Source: Octopus sinensis
Taxonomy: Eukaryota
Length of the DNA stretch: 64,000 bases
NCBI RefSeq assembly: GCF_006345805.1
Contig: NC_043000.1
Coordinates: forward strand, 66,278,001-66,342,000
Direction: 5' to 3'
Shown here: in pieces, positions 12,270-24,300 of the stretch
How positions within the stretch are numbered: position 1 is the stretch's first letter
Layout of the letters: each line of letters opens with the position of its first letter
Notes under the pieces: model-generated
The model's input: the letters and a program-made list of their open reading frames with translations, nothing else
What the model was told of the DNA's origin: nothing
The model's database searches: none
Translations under genes and position numbers: made by a program

Positions 12270-12880
12270 ATCTGGAGGAAAGTTCAGTGCCCATGGCCAT
12301 TGCAGGTCCTTCTAGAAAGATTGAATTGATACCATTAATGTTCTTCTTGAAACTTTGCAAGTCAACACCCACAGGAAAGACATGTGAAAGGGGGGGGAAT
12401 CCCAGACGAGTAACATTTTGTGAAGGAAGGACCGGGTGTAGCGGATTAGTGCAATACCTGAAGGATTGAACACTAACAGAATGATGAAAGGTGGAGATAC
12501 AAATCAATTAAGAATGCCTGAGGGGAGGTGGCATGAGTCTAACCAGCTCCAAGGAACAGAGGTTAATATAGTAGCAGCAGAAAGACTGAGAAAGTAGACA
12601 GCATGTCAGTAGGCCAGAGGATGAGGCATGTTAGTGAGTGACTTTATACCAATCTGTCAAGTGGTCTTGTTTTGGTTGCGGTCCAGGACATCTGTGTGCA
12701 TTAGCAGCAGCAGCAGTGCTGTCCCAATTATGAGAGTAATACTTATTTCATTTTGAGTTTCACTTGAGCTTTGTAGAGTGTTGATATTAGTTGGTAGCTG
12801 AAGTATCATCTGACCATGAAGAAAAGTACCAGTTGTTGAGATATGAAGCTGTATTTTAGAACCTCTGGTCAATAAAGTCT
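12270..12880 (-). mobile_element. Old LINE ORF2 C-terminal relic (CR1/Jockey-group)
   Basis: Minus-strand peptides HTDVLDR, LCSLELVRLMPPPLRHS and SHVFPVGVDLQSFKKNIN resemble the typical WNSLP..VFP...DL.SFK terminus. Confidence 0.6.
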
Positions 12881-13582
12881 ATGCAAAAATAAAATAAAAT
12901 AAAAGGTCATATGACAGTATCACAATGAGATGAAATTTCTCAAATGTAGGCGGAAGTTTTATTTCTTTGTGTGTCTGTTTTCTTTCCTGTAGTACTTTAT
13001 CCATTGGGGACTTTGAAGCACAGCTCTGTACACCAATGAAATGTATATCAATTATTTGCTTTCTCTATTATCTACAGTAATAAAAGACACTCCTCTTTTT
13101 ATATATATTTTAGCTTGAAGGTAGACTTGATATTCTGTTTCCTTATGCAGACAGAATTACTCCGTTCTGTCTCCTCTTGGAAACATAATGAATAATGGCT
13201 ATCATCATTATTATCATTCATGGAAATTTCTTAATCATTATTATTATTATTGTTAGTTGTAGCAGCTATAATGTCATAACAATAATAATCATCTTGTTCA
13301 TAATGGTCAATGTCATCATCAATATTATCATCAACAAAGATCACCCAAATTCCCATATTTGCATGACTTAACATTTATATTTACGTTATTAAACAGGAAT
13401 TAAATAAAACATCTTTTCATGAATGAAGTAATTGTTTTTTAATTGTATCAGTTAAAACATTTATTACTTAATTAGTTAATAATTAAGACTAGCTAACAAT
13501 GAATATTCTATGTGGTTTTTTGACTTGCTACAACTAGCCACCAAGTCTATAAATCACTTTATCATCTTTTAAAGAAGGAAAA

Positions 13583-13753
13583 ACATTATTTACCATTATT
13601 TACATTTGACGTTTCAACTGATATACCCTCCAGCCTTATGCCTTAACCACTACGCCATATGCCCACAGGCATATGGCGTAGTGGTTAAGAGTGCGGGCTA
13701 CTAACCCTAAGATTCCAAGTTTGACTCCAAGCAGTGACCTGAAAATAATATTG

Positions 13754-13799
<46 letters not shown>

Positions 13800-13990
13800 T
13801 AATAACAACATCAAAAAATACCTTAGGAATGAGATCCCAGGTTCGAAATTTCCCTAAGACACCTGATGAAGGCTGGAGTGCATATCAGCCAAAACATTGT
13901 GTTAACAACAAACAAGATGAGGATAAATATCCGTCAAATGTAAATAATGTAAATAAAGTACATAATTCCTCATCTCTTAAATATAGAACT
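13583..13990 (+). mobile_element. tRNA-headed short element with (AAT)n linker, hammerhead motif and an inverted partial duplicate on its left
   Basis: A box TGGCGTAGTGG (13673-13683), decayed B box GTTTGACTCC, (AAT)n about 13744-13805, hammerhead 13858-13903. 13583-13663 is a reverse-complement mosaic of the tRNA head, hammerhead stem II and 3' end. Confidence 0.75.
13858..13903 (+). ncRNA. Minimal type-I hammerhead ribozyme motif, G12 mutated in this copy
   Basis: GACAC-CTGATGA-A-GGCTG-GAGTGCATAT-CAGCC-AAAAC-ATT-GTGTT: stem I GACAC/GTGTT, stem II GGCTG/CAGCC; the inverted arm retains GAAACG. Confidence 0.7.
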
Positions 13991-14000
13991 GAAGAAAAAA

Positions 14001-14220
14001 ACATTGGTTTCAAGTTTTGGCACAAGGCCAGCAATTTTTGGGGTAGAGGGTAAATTGATTAGATCAACCCCAGGTTTCAACTGGTACTTATTTTATTAAC
14101 CCCCAAAAGGATGAAAGGTGACGATGACCTTGGTGGAATTTGAACTGAGAACATAAAGGAAGATGGAACACTGTGAAACATTTTGCCTGGTACAGCAATG
14201 ATTCTGTCAGCTCGCTGCCT
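14001..14220 (-). mobile_element. tRNA-derived SINE (family with TTTGCCTTTCATCCT...AAGTACCAG core)
   Basis: Homologous to the copies at 21136, 44545 and 57925. Confidence 0.75.
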
Positions 14221-15054
14221 TTTGAAGGAAAGACATATTGGCTAAATGAAGTTCAGTGTGTGCTATACTTGAGAAAAGAAAAGAAATAAAAAAGGTAGGA
14301 TGGTCACAGCTGGAAAACCTTTGGTCATAGGTCTATATGATCGGTGGGGGGGGGGTTGACTTTGGAGTGAAATAATAACTTCAGCAACAACCAAAATTGC
14401 TATAACTAATTAATACTTTCCTGATTATAGCAGTAGGTCTCATTTCATACATGTCATATCATACATCTCATATGACCTTGCTCTTGGTATAATACAGAAG
14501 CTCTTTGTTATTAACATATGCAGTAATCCTCCAAACTCGATCTGCTAATTTTGGGTTTGAGATATTTAAAAATTTTACTTCTTTCTCTTTCAGAACTATG
14601 TAGGTCACCTAGTAACATAGTTTATATATTCATCTAAACAGTCTTTGAACTGCCAGTTCACCTGAGATATTACCTTCTCTATTTTCTTTGTTCCTCATCT
14701 TTTATATATCTCTTGAAAGATTTGCCTAGATAAAAGATAAAATCTGTCTTTCTCTTGGCTATAAACATGATAATTTTCTAAATGCTGAACAATCTTAAAC
14801 TAATATTTTATAAATCAGACTATAATCAGAAAGCACTTGATTTAAATTTAGATTTGTGATTTCAGTCTAAAAAAAGAAAAAAGAGGTAAACTTGTGTATT
14901 TTGAACAACCCTATTGGTGTATAGGTGATAACGGATAACTAATGCAAGAATGCTTTATTTTAGAAACATACCACATTTAGACCAGAGTTTACAAACAGAC
15001 GACTGAAAATATTGTCCACAGATTGGACTTATTGTCTTTTTACATTAAACTACG

Positions 15055-15395
<341 letters not shown>

Positions 15396-15464
15396 TGTGT
15401 AAAGTACAGTTCAACTACTATCTAAATTCCAGTATAATCAGCTGCTGCTGCTGCTGGTGTTTAG

Positions 15465-15674
15465 ATAATATACGTCACGCTTCTGCTGAAACCAAAGCCT
15501 CGTTGTGGTCTGGCTGTAGACGCCATTTTATGATCGGACTTGTCGAGAAATACTGCACAAAGTGGCAGAGGTGGTTTGAGGTGGAGCGAATTTGTCGTCT
15601 CTTATTGGAAATATTTGACGTACCCCCCTCCCCAAACTTATTCTGTTGTCAAGATTCCGCTTTTTAGCCCCAAA
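15465..15674 (+). promoter_or_regulatory. Probable RSK proximal promoter/5' UTR
   Basis: Unique, locally CpG-richer sequence before the ATG, with CRE-like TACGTCA (15471-15477) and TGACGTA (15616-15622) and YY1-like CGCCATTTT (15521-15529); TSS not determinable. Confidence 0.5.
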
Positions 15675-15734
15675 ATGCCGCTGGCTCCGCTAGCAGACCC
15701 ATGGAAGCGTATGGAGGTGGCGCAAGAGACTGAG
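15675..15734 (+). CDS. RPS6KA3: p90 ribosomal S6 kinase (RSK), coding exon 1
   Basis: MPLAPLADPWKRMEVAQETE closely resembles the vertebrate RSK2 N-terminus MPLAQLADPWQKM; CAAAATGC start context; GT donor at 15735. Confidence 0.9.
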
Positions 15735-16376
15735 GTATTACTTTCTAACATTTCCTCTTCCTACCCCTCCCTCTCTTTCACTTGAAACTTTATTCTAACT
15801 CTAAATAAAGTTGTTTTAAATCATTATTTTAAACATCTACATGATAGAAAACCCCCGTTTTTAGATCTAGCATTAATATTCTGCTTTGAAAACCTGCATT
15901 ATATGTTGTATATGAAATTTGTGTATATTTTTTCTTTCATTTGACAAAGCTGGAGACGCCTATGTTATTATAGACTCAAACACGTGTATGTATGTATATG
16001 CTAGGAAATATTGTTCGCCTTTATTAACAACTGTTTCTTTAGATCTGAACCCAAATAAGAAGGATCTAAACCTTATTCATCTTTAAAAATATATTTGACG
16101 CACGTTTCTTTAATAAATTCTTTCTCTTTAGCCTAGCATTATTTACACATTCCATTGCATACAATTAATTTGTAATAAAGTTCTCTGAAAATGTATTTAT
16201 TATTAAATGAATTAATTTGAAATAAAGATTTCCCAATTCCCCAAGTGTTGATGATGGTAAATTATCGCATATAAACAATTGTTCGTTCCCTGTCTAAATA
16301 AACTTGAACGTTTATTTCTAATTCTGTTGACATTTTGTTTCGTGATGTTGACACAAGATCTTTTTCAATCTTTTAG

Positions 16377-16415
16377 GGGGCTGCTAGCACAGAGGATATG
16401 TTAGTAGATTTTCAG
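16377..16415 (+). CDS. RPS6KA3: RSK coding exon 2 (39-nt microexon, GAASTEDMLVDFQ)
   Basis: Polypyrimidine tract plus TAG acceptor, consensus CAG|GTAAGT donor, phase 0-0, stop-free; the region is poorly conserved, so support comes from splice signals. Confidence 0.7.
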
Positions 16416-18123
16416 GTAAGTGGAGTACAGTTTCATTTATTTTCATTTCCTTCCTAATTTGTAAACAAATATTTAACCACTTTAGGTAATATTGTTCACT
16501 TGGATTTTCTTCACCATTATTTTAAATCGGTCTCTAATATAATGTCTCATCTAGAGAATACAATTTGAAGTGGTTGTTTGATTTCAAATTTATCTCACAT
16601 ACTGCCCGTATTAAAATAATTTTCTGGTTGATCACCTTAAGATTATGCCATCTGTTGAATGGTGAGAAACTCCACCCATTCGAAGGCCTGTACACCTGCT
16701 TATCAATATGGATATTTATATTCGAGTTATTTGCACGTGCCTTTTTTTTTTCTCTCATTGCACTGGCTGCTACTTTCTTCATACAAAAACGACCATTCCT
16801 CTTAACCATGGTTCTTATGAAATTCCGACAATGCTACTATCGGCTTCGTCTACATTTAAATCTTACAATAATTTCTCTTTCTTGAATGTAATTTAGTATA
16901 AAATCTAAAGATTTAGCCGTGTTTTCACCATATTTATAAATGTTTTGACATTTTTTATAAATATTTTCGTTATCATTTTTTTTGTTTTGTTTTTTTTATT
17001 TATATATCCGGAAATGACTTCCTTAGATTAAATAAAACGTCAGAATTTTTGTTTATAGTTAAGCCGAATCTTTCATAGTCTTAATAGTATCTTACGATTT
17101 CTCTAGTGTAACCACAGCTTTCTGCTATATAAAATTATCGAAGCAGCAGCCACGAATAAAAAAAAAATCTCCAGTAACAAGATAAGGTCGGTTGCGATAG
17201 CTTAAGCCATTTCTCCAGTATGATGAATAACATTCCTTCAGTGCTTCTTCTACAGTACTGCAATGTCAAGGCCTGCTACCTGTGTCTACTTGCTTCATCC
17301 TGCCTCTTAACGTTCTTTTAAAGAAAATGATTCTTCTATATTCTTCCAAGAATTTTTTTTAGCAGACTATTTATTCCTCTGCGGGGGTTTTTGTCCTCCT
17401 TTTTCTTCTTTCCAATCTACTAACTAGCGGAGTTTTATTTTTAGTCATCTAATTTTTTTTATTGTTCTACATTACTTCACGACTCCACCCAGCTACTAAT
17501 GCAGACCGATGTACTCTACTCTTCATTTCACAACTGATATATATATATTTTTTCAATTATTTTCCGTACTAAGAATCTGTAATTTATCGATTAAGTAACG
17601 TTAGAAAGTTCCGATCACGATTTTTCTAGTGGTTCGTCAAAAAGTATCGACTTTAAGCAATTTCTGGTTATGCGGTGGAGACTCACAAAATTGATATTTC
17701 TACCTGCTGGTTTTGTCTTCTACCCATTAATAAATTTATTTTCCTCTGTACCTATTGCTTATTTTCTCCATGTTTAATATTTTCGTAAGTCTTTGGTAGT
17801 GTACTCATTGAAGCTTCCGTTGCCTCTTTTCATATTGGTTCTCTTGAAAATTTTCGAACTTCACCTGTTTATTTATACTGTAACCATCTGTGTAATGGAG
17901 TCTGGATAATTAGTATGTAGTAATATAGGAGTCTGGAGGTTTCCTATTACTATTAGTTAATTATTAGATTCATACTCTCGGTTGTCTTTGAACAATCTAA
18001 TTCTGCTATTATCCACCATTTTCTAACTTGAAAATTAGCCCGGAGATCGGTGGCTGTGTTTATGACCTATTTCTCCGGAAAAGCTATATATATATATATA
18101 TACATACATACATACATATATAC

Positions 18124-18182
<59 letters not shown>

Positions 18183-19779
18183 TCACACAATTAGTATCCT
18201 CATAGTGTTGTATTATGAATCTTTTATTAGTGATTAACATTAAATTAAAAACTTTTGATGACGTAATAAAACTGTATTTACTAAGTTTAAGTTTCTTATA
18301 AATATAGTTTATTCAGCGGTCTTGTGAAATTTGCTACCCTATTTCTTAATTTATTTTGGACCCAATGTTATTATGCCAGTATTGAACTTGATAGAGCTCC
18401 GTTTTCCCCCAGTTAAAACTATCATGTAGTTAGTGAGTTACAAGCCGGAGAGGTTTCAGTGAAGACTGACTTCTATCGCCTAGAGGAGAAATCTTTTGCA
18501 TTCCATTGAGGTGTTTGATTCACCACATTAACAGCTACATTTCATTTGATCTAGTTTTTTTTTTATTCATTTGAATATTCAATGTGAGTTTATTTTGTTT
18601 TCTGGAAAACATTCAACCTACTTTCAGACTGAGAATATATTTAGGTAAAAGAATATATCAATTTTAAAATATATAATGAAAAGGTTAGTAAGTTTTAAAT
18701 TTTTATATACTTCTTGTAGACATGCCGGTGAGCTGCCTTAAGTCAACTGTATCTTCGATATAATTAAAATTGGTTCTTAGGTCATCTTACTGCTACAGTT
18801 TATTAAGTTATTCATATTTGACAGTTTATACCTGTACGTACAGTGAACATAGAACTTAGAATAACAAAAGGTAGTATACAATTTGATCGTGTATAATATT
18901 GGTTTTTCACAACAGCTCAAATTATAGGAGGATGGATATAGTTAATTGAATCAACTCAGTTCAAGACTAGTACTTCAGATAAGTTCAGGAGGGATGAAGA
19001 GCAAATTTGACTCAGTATTTGAACTTGGAATGTAAAATGTTGTTACTGAAAACAGCATTGATTTCCACTACTGTCACCATTTTCTCCACTGTTCTGATCA
19101 AATGAATTAGTTTTGAGAAATTGGTTAATTATATACTATTTTGTTATGATAGAAAAGTTAGGATTTTGACAGATAGGACCAGCTGTCAATTCTCTCTTGT
19201 TGGCAGGTGTAGATTTGTTGGGAAAATTCAACAATTTGTCTGAGCAAATTATTTTACACAACAGTATCTTTTGAACTGATTTGTTTACTTTAGCAAATGA
19301 CTAATTCTGGAATTAGACATTGTTTAGTATTCAGTTACACGAACTGAACTAAGTGGAATCTATGATTTTTAGGTTGTCTATGAAATGTAGGTTAAATGCC
19401 TCATGACCCCCTTATAAAGGCTTACTCAAAGACTTTCTGCAAGGAGCCTTTATGTGGGTATTCAATTTGCAAGAAATAGTAGCTAGCATCACTATCTGGA
19501 AAATGTTGTCTTGGGAGCACTGTACTTTGCAAAAAAAGATGGGATTGTCATGGTTAGTATATCTTTGATCATAGATACGCTTTATGCAGGGCTGAACAAC
19601 TAATATTTGAGACAATACTGTGGAAATAGTCAACTGTAAAAATAAGAGAATAATCACTCCCATCTCCAAGGCTAACAACACTGAACTAGAACTGGGCCTT
19701 ACAAAAACCGAGGAACTCTCTTGGTGAATGTTCATCCTTAGCAGAACAAAAACTGCATTACATAGCCAGACCTTTGTCT

Positions 19780-20270
19780 TCAAAACCAGACTACTATTCC
19801 CTGATAACTATTAACTTTCTATAAAGCTCAGGTGAGACCTACTATTAAGTATTGCTTCAACATTTTAGATAGTGCTTCTGACATTCAAGGAAAGACCACT
19901 TAACTGGTTGGCATGAAATTGCTCTCAAACACATACCAATCTCTGGTCCACAAACATACTGTCTTCTCTTCCTACCTTTTCTGTTGGTGCTACATAAGCC
20001 CCCGCTCCTCGCAGCTGGCTAGTCTTGTACCATCTCTTGTCAAGTACTTCCAGCTAACTTGTCTCTCTCTCCATCCATGTTGCTTTCAGCTTCCCATGTC
20101 TGGACTAACCTTTATGACTAGTCCTTCCTCTCTGGGGTGTCAGTCCTCTGAAATTCCCTCTTAGCACATATATCTCCTGCAGCCATTGGCTTGCTACTGT
20201 TCAAGATGAATGTTAATGGCATCAGTCTCACTGGTCTTAAAAAAACTGCAAAAGGCATAGGCAGAGCCTC
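19780..20270 (+). mobile_element. Old LINE ORF2 C-terminal relic
   Basis: YKAQVRPTIKYC and SSQLASLVP-like peptides, similar in type to the 12.3-12.9 kb relic. Confidence 0.5.
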
Positions 20271-20519
20271 TTCCTCCAGACCAATCTAACAAAAATGTTT
20301 TCCATATTGGGAAGTCTGCACTCTGATATACCATTACTCTTCAGTCTTGCCAGTTTTCTTCTCATTCTTGATCTAGGAAATTTAAATATTAAAGAACACT
20401 GTGTATGTGATGACATGCATATAAGTACATTCTGTAATTAATATATTACAAATAAAATATGAGCCATGTTAGTTTGAACTGCATAGTAGAGTGGGACAAA
20501 TAAGTGCGACCTTCTTTTA

Positions 20520-21015
20520 CTTGTTTAGTCATTGTACTGCTTTGAGGGCTTAGTCAAACAACTCCACCTCAGTGTATTTTTTTAAGTTTGATATTTATTC
20601 TATCAGCCTCTTGCTGAACTGCTAAATTATGTGGATGTAAACAAACTCCAGTTGTCAAGCAGTAGTGGACAGACATACATGCATACATATATTTATACTA
20701 TGGGCTTCCACAGTTACCATCTACCAAATTCACTCAAAGCTTTGGGCTGCCCATGGCTACAGGAGGAGACATTTGCCCAAGGAGTCGCACAGTGCGACTG
20801 AACCTAAAACCATGTGGTAGCAAAGCAAGCTTCTTAAGCACACGACCATGCCTTGACAGGCTTCTTGACAGTTTCCATCTACTAAATTCATTCAGAAGGC
20901 AATACTCAGCTCGAGGCTATAGAAGAAGGCACATGCTCAAAGTGCCACAAAGTAGGATAGAACTTGAAACCACATTATTGCTAGGTGAGCTTCTTAACCA
21001 GACAGTCATTAAGTA
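20520..21015 (-). mobile_element. Decayed tRNA-derived SINE copies (family with internal CA/GT run)
   Basis: Reverse-complement similarity to 43690-44050 (TTGGGCAA...GGTAGATGGTAACTG...). Confidence 0.6.
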
Positions 21016-21135
21016 AAATCTTTGTTTCTCCAAAAGACATTTCTTTTCAATAGCAATTGTTATTTTGTTGTAATATCTAAGTTAATATACAATAATTGTC
21101 ATTACAGCTAGATTTATTTAGATAATATAAAATAT

Positions 21136-21335
21136 TCTTTTCTACTCTAGGCACAAGGCCTGAAATTTTTTTTGGGGGGGCAGTTGATTAGATTGACCCC
21201 AGTATGCAACTGGTACTTAATTTATCGACCCTGAAAGGATGAAAGGCAAAGTCGACCATGGCAGAATTTGAACTCAGAATGAAATACCGCTAAGCATTTC
21301 ACCCAGCATGCTAACGTTTCTGCCAGTTCACTACC
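21136..21335 (-). mobile_element. tRNA-derived SINE with 18-bp target-site duplication
   Basis: TTAGATAATATAAAATAT at 21118-21135 and 21336-21353; core TTTGCCTTTCATCCTTTCAGGGTCGATAAATTAAGTACCAG on the minus strand. Confidence 0.9.
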
Positions 21336-24300
21336 TTAGATAATATAAAATATCTAGTGTAGATAAACATCAAAAGTTACGTAGTCTAGGCAAACTTATT
21401 TCCATCGATATTTTTATACTAATTAGTATAGTGTTGATTGGTATGTGTACACCAATTTTCTGGACACTGATGGTCTGGAACCTCTTATACTCACCAACTC
21501 ACAAACAGAAACCTCAAATTCTTACAGATGCCAGATTAATTTACTGATACTTAGCACAGACTAGTGCCTTGCACAGTGCAGTATTAATAAACTCGTATCA
21601 TTTATAATAATGTACAGGTACCTGTATTTCATTTAAATATTTAAGTAAATTTAATATTTGTTTAGTTTAGAGTGTTTTGACTAACTCCTGGTTCAGAAAA
21701 AAATTAGTAATTCAGAACAGCTTTGGAACCAAAGGTTTCAGAAAATTCATGTTGTACCTGTGATATGCATGAGATGACTAACACTATTTCTTTCTGGTTG
21801 TCATTATTGACAGTTGTAAGGTGGTGATCTAGCAGTGTCAGTAGAGTGTTGGATAGAATGCCTTGCACTCTGTCCCAACTTTATGCTGTTCAAATCTTGC
21901 CAAACTCAACTTTGCTTTTCATCTTTTTGGGGGTCATTGAAAAAAAAAAAATGGACCTGTGCAGGTACTTTTGGTGGATTGGGTTGGTGGAACTGTTCGA
22001 ACATCAGCCTAGATGCCTTGTGTTTGTTCTGGTTGTTTGCATTCTGACAACAATGGTTGTGATGACACTGATGTTAAGGTGTATTAGCCCCAAAGTTGCA
22101 GCTTGCCTTTGGACAACATTGATGTTGTGAAGAAGGGAGACTTACATGTATGGGCAAATGCCAAACTTCCCTCAAAAATAAGAATAAAATCCCTTGCTCA
22201 TGCTTGTGCATAAAGGTGCAGATAAATGTTCAGCTCTGAAAGATGGAAACCTCAAAAATATATAAGTTGTAAAATATTTTATTCTAACAGTTCAAATAAT
22301 TCTATATAGATCTGATATATAAAAAAAGAAAGATTAATGAAAAGAAGAACTTGCCTATAATGCAGCATAATTTATAAAAACCATAGCTTAGTTGAATTTT
22401 TAGTGATAGGAAAATTGTCGTTTTATCAGTGTCATAATATCATAAATTGTTCAGCAAGAGGTTACAAATAAGCACCATAGACTGGGGATAAGCTTGATTG
22501 CTGGTGGAGCATTTTTACACTACTAGTTATACTCTCTGCAGGGATTGGCTCTTGTCAAGCTGACTTGGCATGACACTATATGAAGATAGTATTTAATAAT
22601 GCCTCACTTCCTCATTAAAGGTTGTGGGTGTTTCCATAGTATAATTGTTGCACTATTTATTTAGGGATTGTACCAGTTAGACTCTTTGTTAGATTGACAT
22701 TATTAATCTAGAGGTATTTTTCACTAAAACAGTAAATATTTTACAATATTTTCTCTTTTAGAAAATTTTTTTTTATATGATAAATAATAGTTCTATATTT
22801 CATGTGGCAAATTGTAATACTATAATTTGTTATATAAACAGTTGTGTCGTAATCTTTCTATAATTCATTTAAATAATCCTGAAGAAGTGTTTGCACTCTG
22901 TTGTGTAACATAACTGAAGAGATCATTTAGGGAAAGCCCATTTTGGTTGTTTGTATTTGCAATTGTACCTTTCAGTCATTACTTTATATTCATGACTCTA
23001 GGTGAAAATAAGCATGAAATCTTGTTACATCATTGTTTTAGAAGTATATATTATAGAAGTCAGCAACTTCTAAAATAGGTTAGAATAGAAAAAACACGGT
23101 TACAAGTGATGGTAAAAGAAAAATTAATTGCTAAATAAAAACTGTTTGGTTAAGGAGTTTACTTTGGTAGCACATGGTTTTGGATTTTGGTCATACTGTA
23201 CAGAATCTTAGGTGAGTGCTTTCTATTATTGCACCAGGTTGACCAAAACCTTGTCAGAGAAATGTGGCTGACAAACTGCCAAAGCCTATCACCTACAGGG
23301 TACATCAAGTACACATTCAACAAGAAAAATCGAAGAAATGAGCTTATCAGTGAAACCATTACCAGCCCTAATGGCTATCTTAATATGACTGTGGAAATTA
23401 CTGCATACCAGAATCAAGTGGTCCCTTTCCATGCTATTCATGATGTCGACTGCCAACAAGTTCCTGGTGCTGTGGAGAGGTGAGATTTGTTTTCTCTCCC
23501 AAAGACACCTTGGATGCAGCAGTTGTTTGAGTTCAAATTGGGAGAGCTAGAAGGCCACATGTTTACATAGTTTTTCTGGGTTGTCTCACACATAACTGTC
23601 CGCTCTCATTTAGGCTTTGTATCTGATATTCTTCTGTACAACACATCTGAAAGTTGACTGTTGACACCATCACTTTGTGCTACCTAGTGAGAGCCCTCAT
23701 TGACCTGCTAGGATTGTTGCTATGATGACCTGGACAAACTCAGCCATTCTGTTGATGTCTTACTCCTGAGAATGTTTCTTTCTCTTAACCATGGATAACA
23801 TATCCCTCATCAAGGACCTCCAGCTCTATACTGATTCTGGATACAAGTGCTAGTTATTCTCAGCTATTGTAGTTGGTGGCTAGAGTCATGAACATAGTGT
23901 GTTTTTTTCAGTTATTTTGTCAGACTGGAATCTGTCGTATGTTGATGCTGATGATATATTTGAAAGAAAAATGAGAAAAGTTAAAATTTAGTGCCTGCTG
24001 TATTACATTAGGTTGTCTTTATATGACTTACTAAAGTTTGTTCACAGATACCTGGCACACTCTGTGTGTGTGTGTTTATGCTGGTCTAAAGAGCTGTGTT
24101 GTGTCCCTTTATAACCTGTAATTAAGTAGTTTTTTTCCAATATGAATTTATAAAATAAGTTCCACACTAAAATAAGTCCTGGGGTCAAAATGATCAAGTA
24201 ACAAGTAAAACCTTTTAAAAGCAATGCACTAGCACGGTTGCAATCCATTACCAGTATTGTAATTTGCATGTGTTCCAGCTGAGAGAATTTTCCTGAGAGT

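Noticed and set aside
13668-13740. Functional tRNA gene
   Set aside because: B box is mutated, acceptor and anticodon stems are incomplete, and it runs into (AAT)n; it is a SINE head.
15461-15526. Minus-strand AAAATGGCG start suggesting a divergent gene
   Set aside because: The ORF is only 21 codons with no convincing donor or downstream exons; it is better explained as a YY1-like motif.
23238-23479. Candidate extra RSK exon (CAG acceptor, AG|GTGAGA donor, open frame)
   Set aside because: 242 nt would shift the frame between phase-0 exons, and the peptide has no RSK similarity.
23945-23970. CTGATGA-TATATTT-GAAA
   Set aside because: No stem II or stem III.
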